A stretch of 64,000 nucleotides of DNA from NCBI GenBank assembly GCA_951406725.2, contig OX597841.1, positions 7,998,001-8,062,000 on the forward strand, in the 5' to 3' direction. The translations under genes and the position numbers were made by a program. The DNA is from Octopus vulgaris. Its lineage: Eukaryota. Position 1 is the stretch's first letter. Every line of letters starts with the position of its first letter. The notes under the pieces were generated by a model, which saw only the letters and a program-made list of their open reading frames with translations, was not told the DNA's origin and made no database searches. Shown piece by piece: positions 63,243 through 64,000 of the stretch.

Positions 63243-64000
63243 CATTGGGCAAAAAAAAAGAAAATTGTCATGCTATTTAAACTTTTTCAGATGATTTAGG
63301 GTAATTTTAAGGTACTGAATCTGAATCTGACATCAGTTTTTAGACAGCAAGTGTAGCTTTTTTAGTTATTCACAGCATCAGATTTTCCAACCAATTGATA
63401 ATATTGACAAAGTAGTAGGCTATTTGCTTTCAATTTTCATTCATATACTCATCACGGAAACAAAAACAAGTGCTGATAGAGGTTAAATGTAGGCTACCTG
63501 TTAAATTGTCACACAAGATGAGAATTTATTTTACTTTGTTATTGCTGTAATTATAGTAAAGTTCTCCTCACAGAAGGCTATTGATATTAGGTTATAGCAA
63601 GCCACTCAGACACCCTTTCCTTGATAATTGCTAGGGCTGTTAAAACAAAGTACATCAAATAAGAGAGCCAGGTTACATGAAAAGCTGTTTAGTAGAAAGT
63701 TTAGTTATTTATTAAAGTGATCAATGCTTGAAATTTAGAGATGGAAAAAATTGTTTCATGATAGCCATAGCTTCAGTACATTCTATAATAATTTCAATGA
63801 TTTTTTGAGAAATATATTTTGATGTTTTACAGTAATATTTACATTTGATTAATTTTATATTTTAGTTTACTGATAGTCTTCATTGAGTGTTGATTTAGGT
63901 TATTTCTGTATATTATGATGAGGAGACAAGTTTGTGCTAATCACCTGGACAGCTTTTGTTATGTGTGTGGAAAATTTACATCAAAAGATCAGAGAAATAA
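63243..64000 (+). mobile_element. Chapaev3-like (CMC) DNA transposon 5' end with start of transposase
   Basis: Terminus CATTGGGCAA. An ORF from 63915, MMRRQVCANHLDSFCYVCGKFTSKDQR, runs off the window and matches the C-x-N-x2-D-x-FCY-x-CG N-terminal motif. Family assignment is from memory. Confidence 0.6.

Overview
AT-rich, repeat-dense animal genomic DNA. The SINE/RTE families and long (TA)n tracts point to an octopus/cephalopod, which is an inference. One host gene runs on the minus strand across most of the window: a single-pass immunoglobulin-superfamily receptor whose 5' end is not found here. I can reconstruct three phase-1/phase-1 Ig exons (55015-55263, 48950-49201 with a GC donor, 44629-44937), a transmembrane exon (36509-36613), a pair of frame-complementary 19- and 20-nt microexons (26455-26473, 17994-18013) and a cytoplasmic-tail cassette present in two diverged tandem copies (about 7015-8640 and 2005-3310). 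The copies carry different tyrosine motifs: YLEL-x8-YVNV including an ITIM, versus YLEM-x8-YVNA. The introns hold decayed RTE LINEs, tRNA-derived SINEs, R4/Dong-type RLE retroelements, Tc1/mariner, Helitron-like and Chapaev3-like DNA elements, and many Penelope-like fragments and fold-back elements in (TA)n tracts. Several of the latter contain minimal type-I hammerhead ribozyme motifs, including a U3-A8 compensatory core variant and a pair in the arms of a ~475-bp-arm inverted repeat. All calls come from reading the sequence by eye; no database search or folding program was run.
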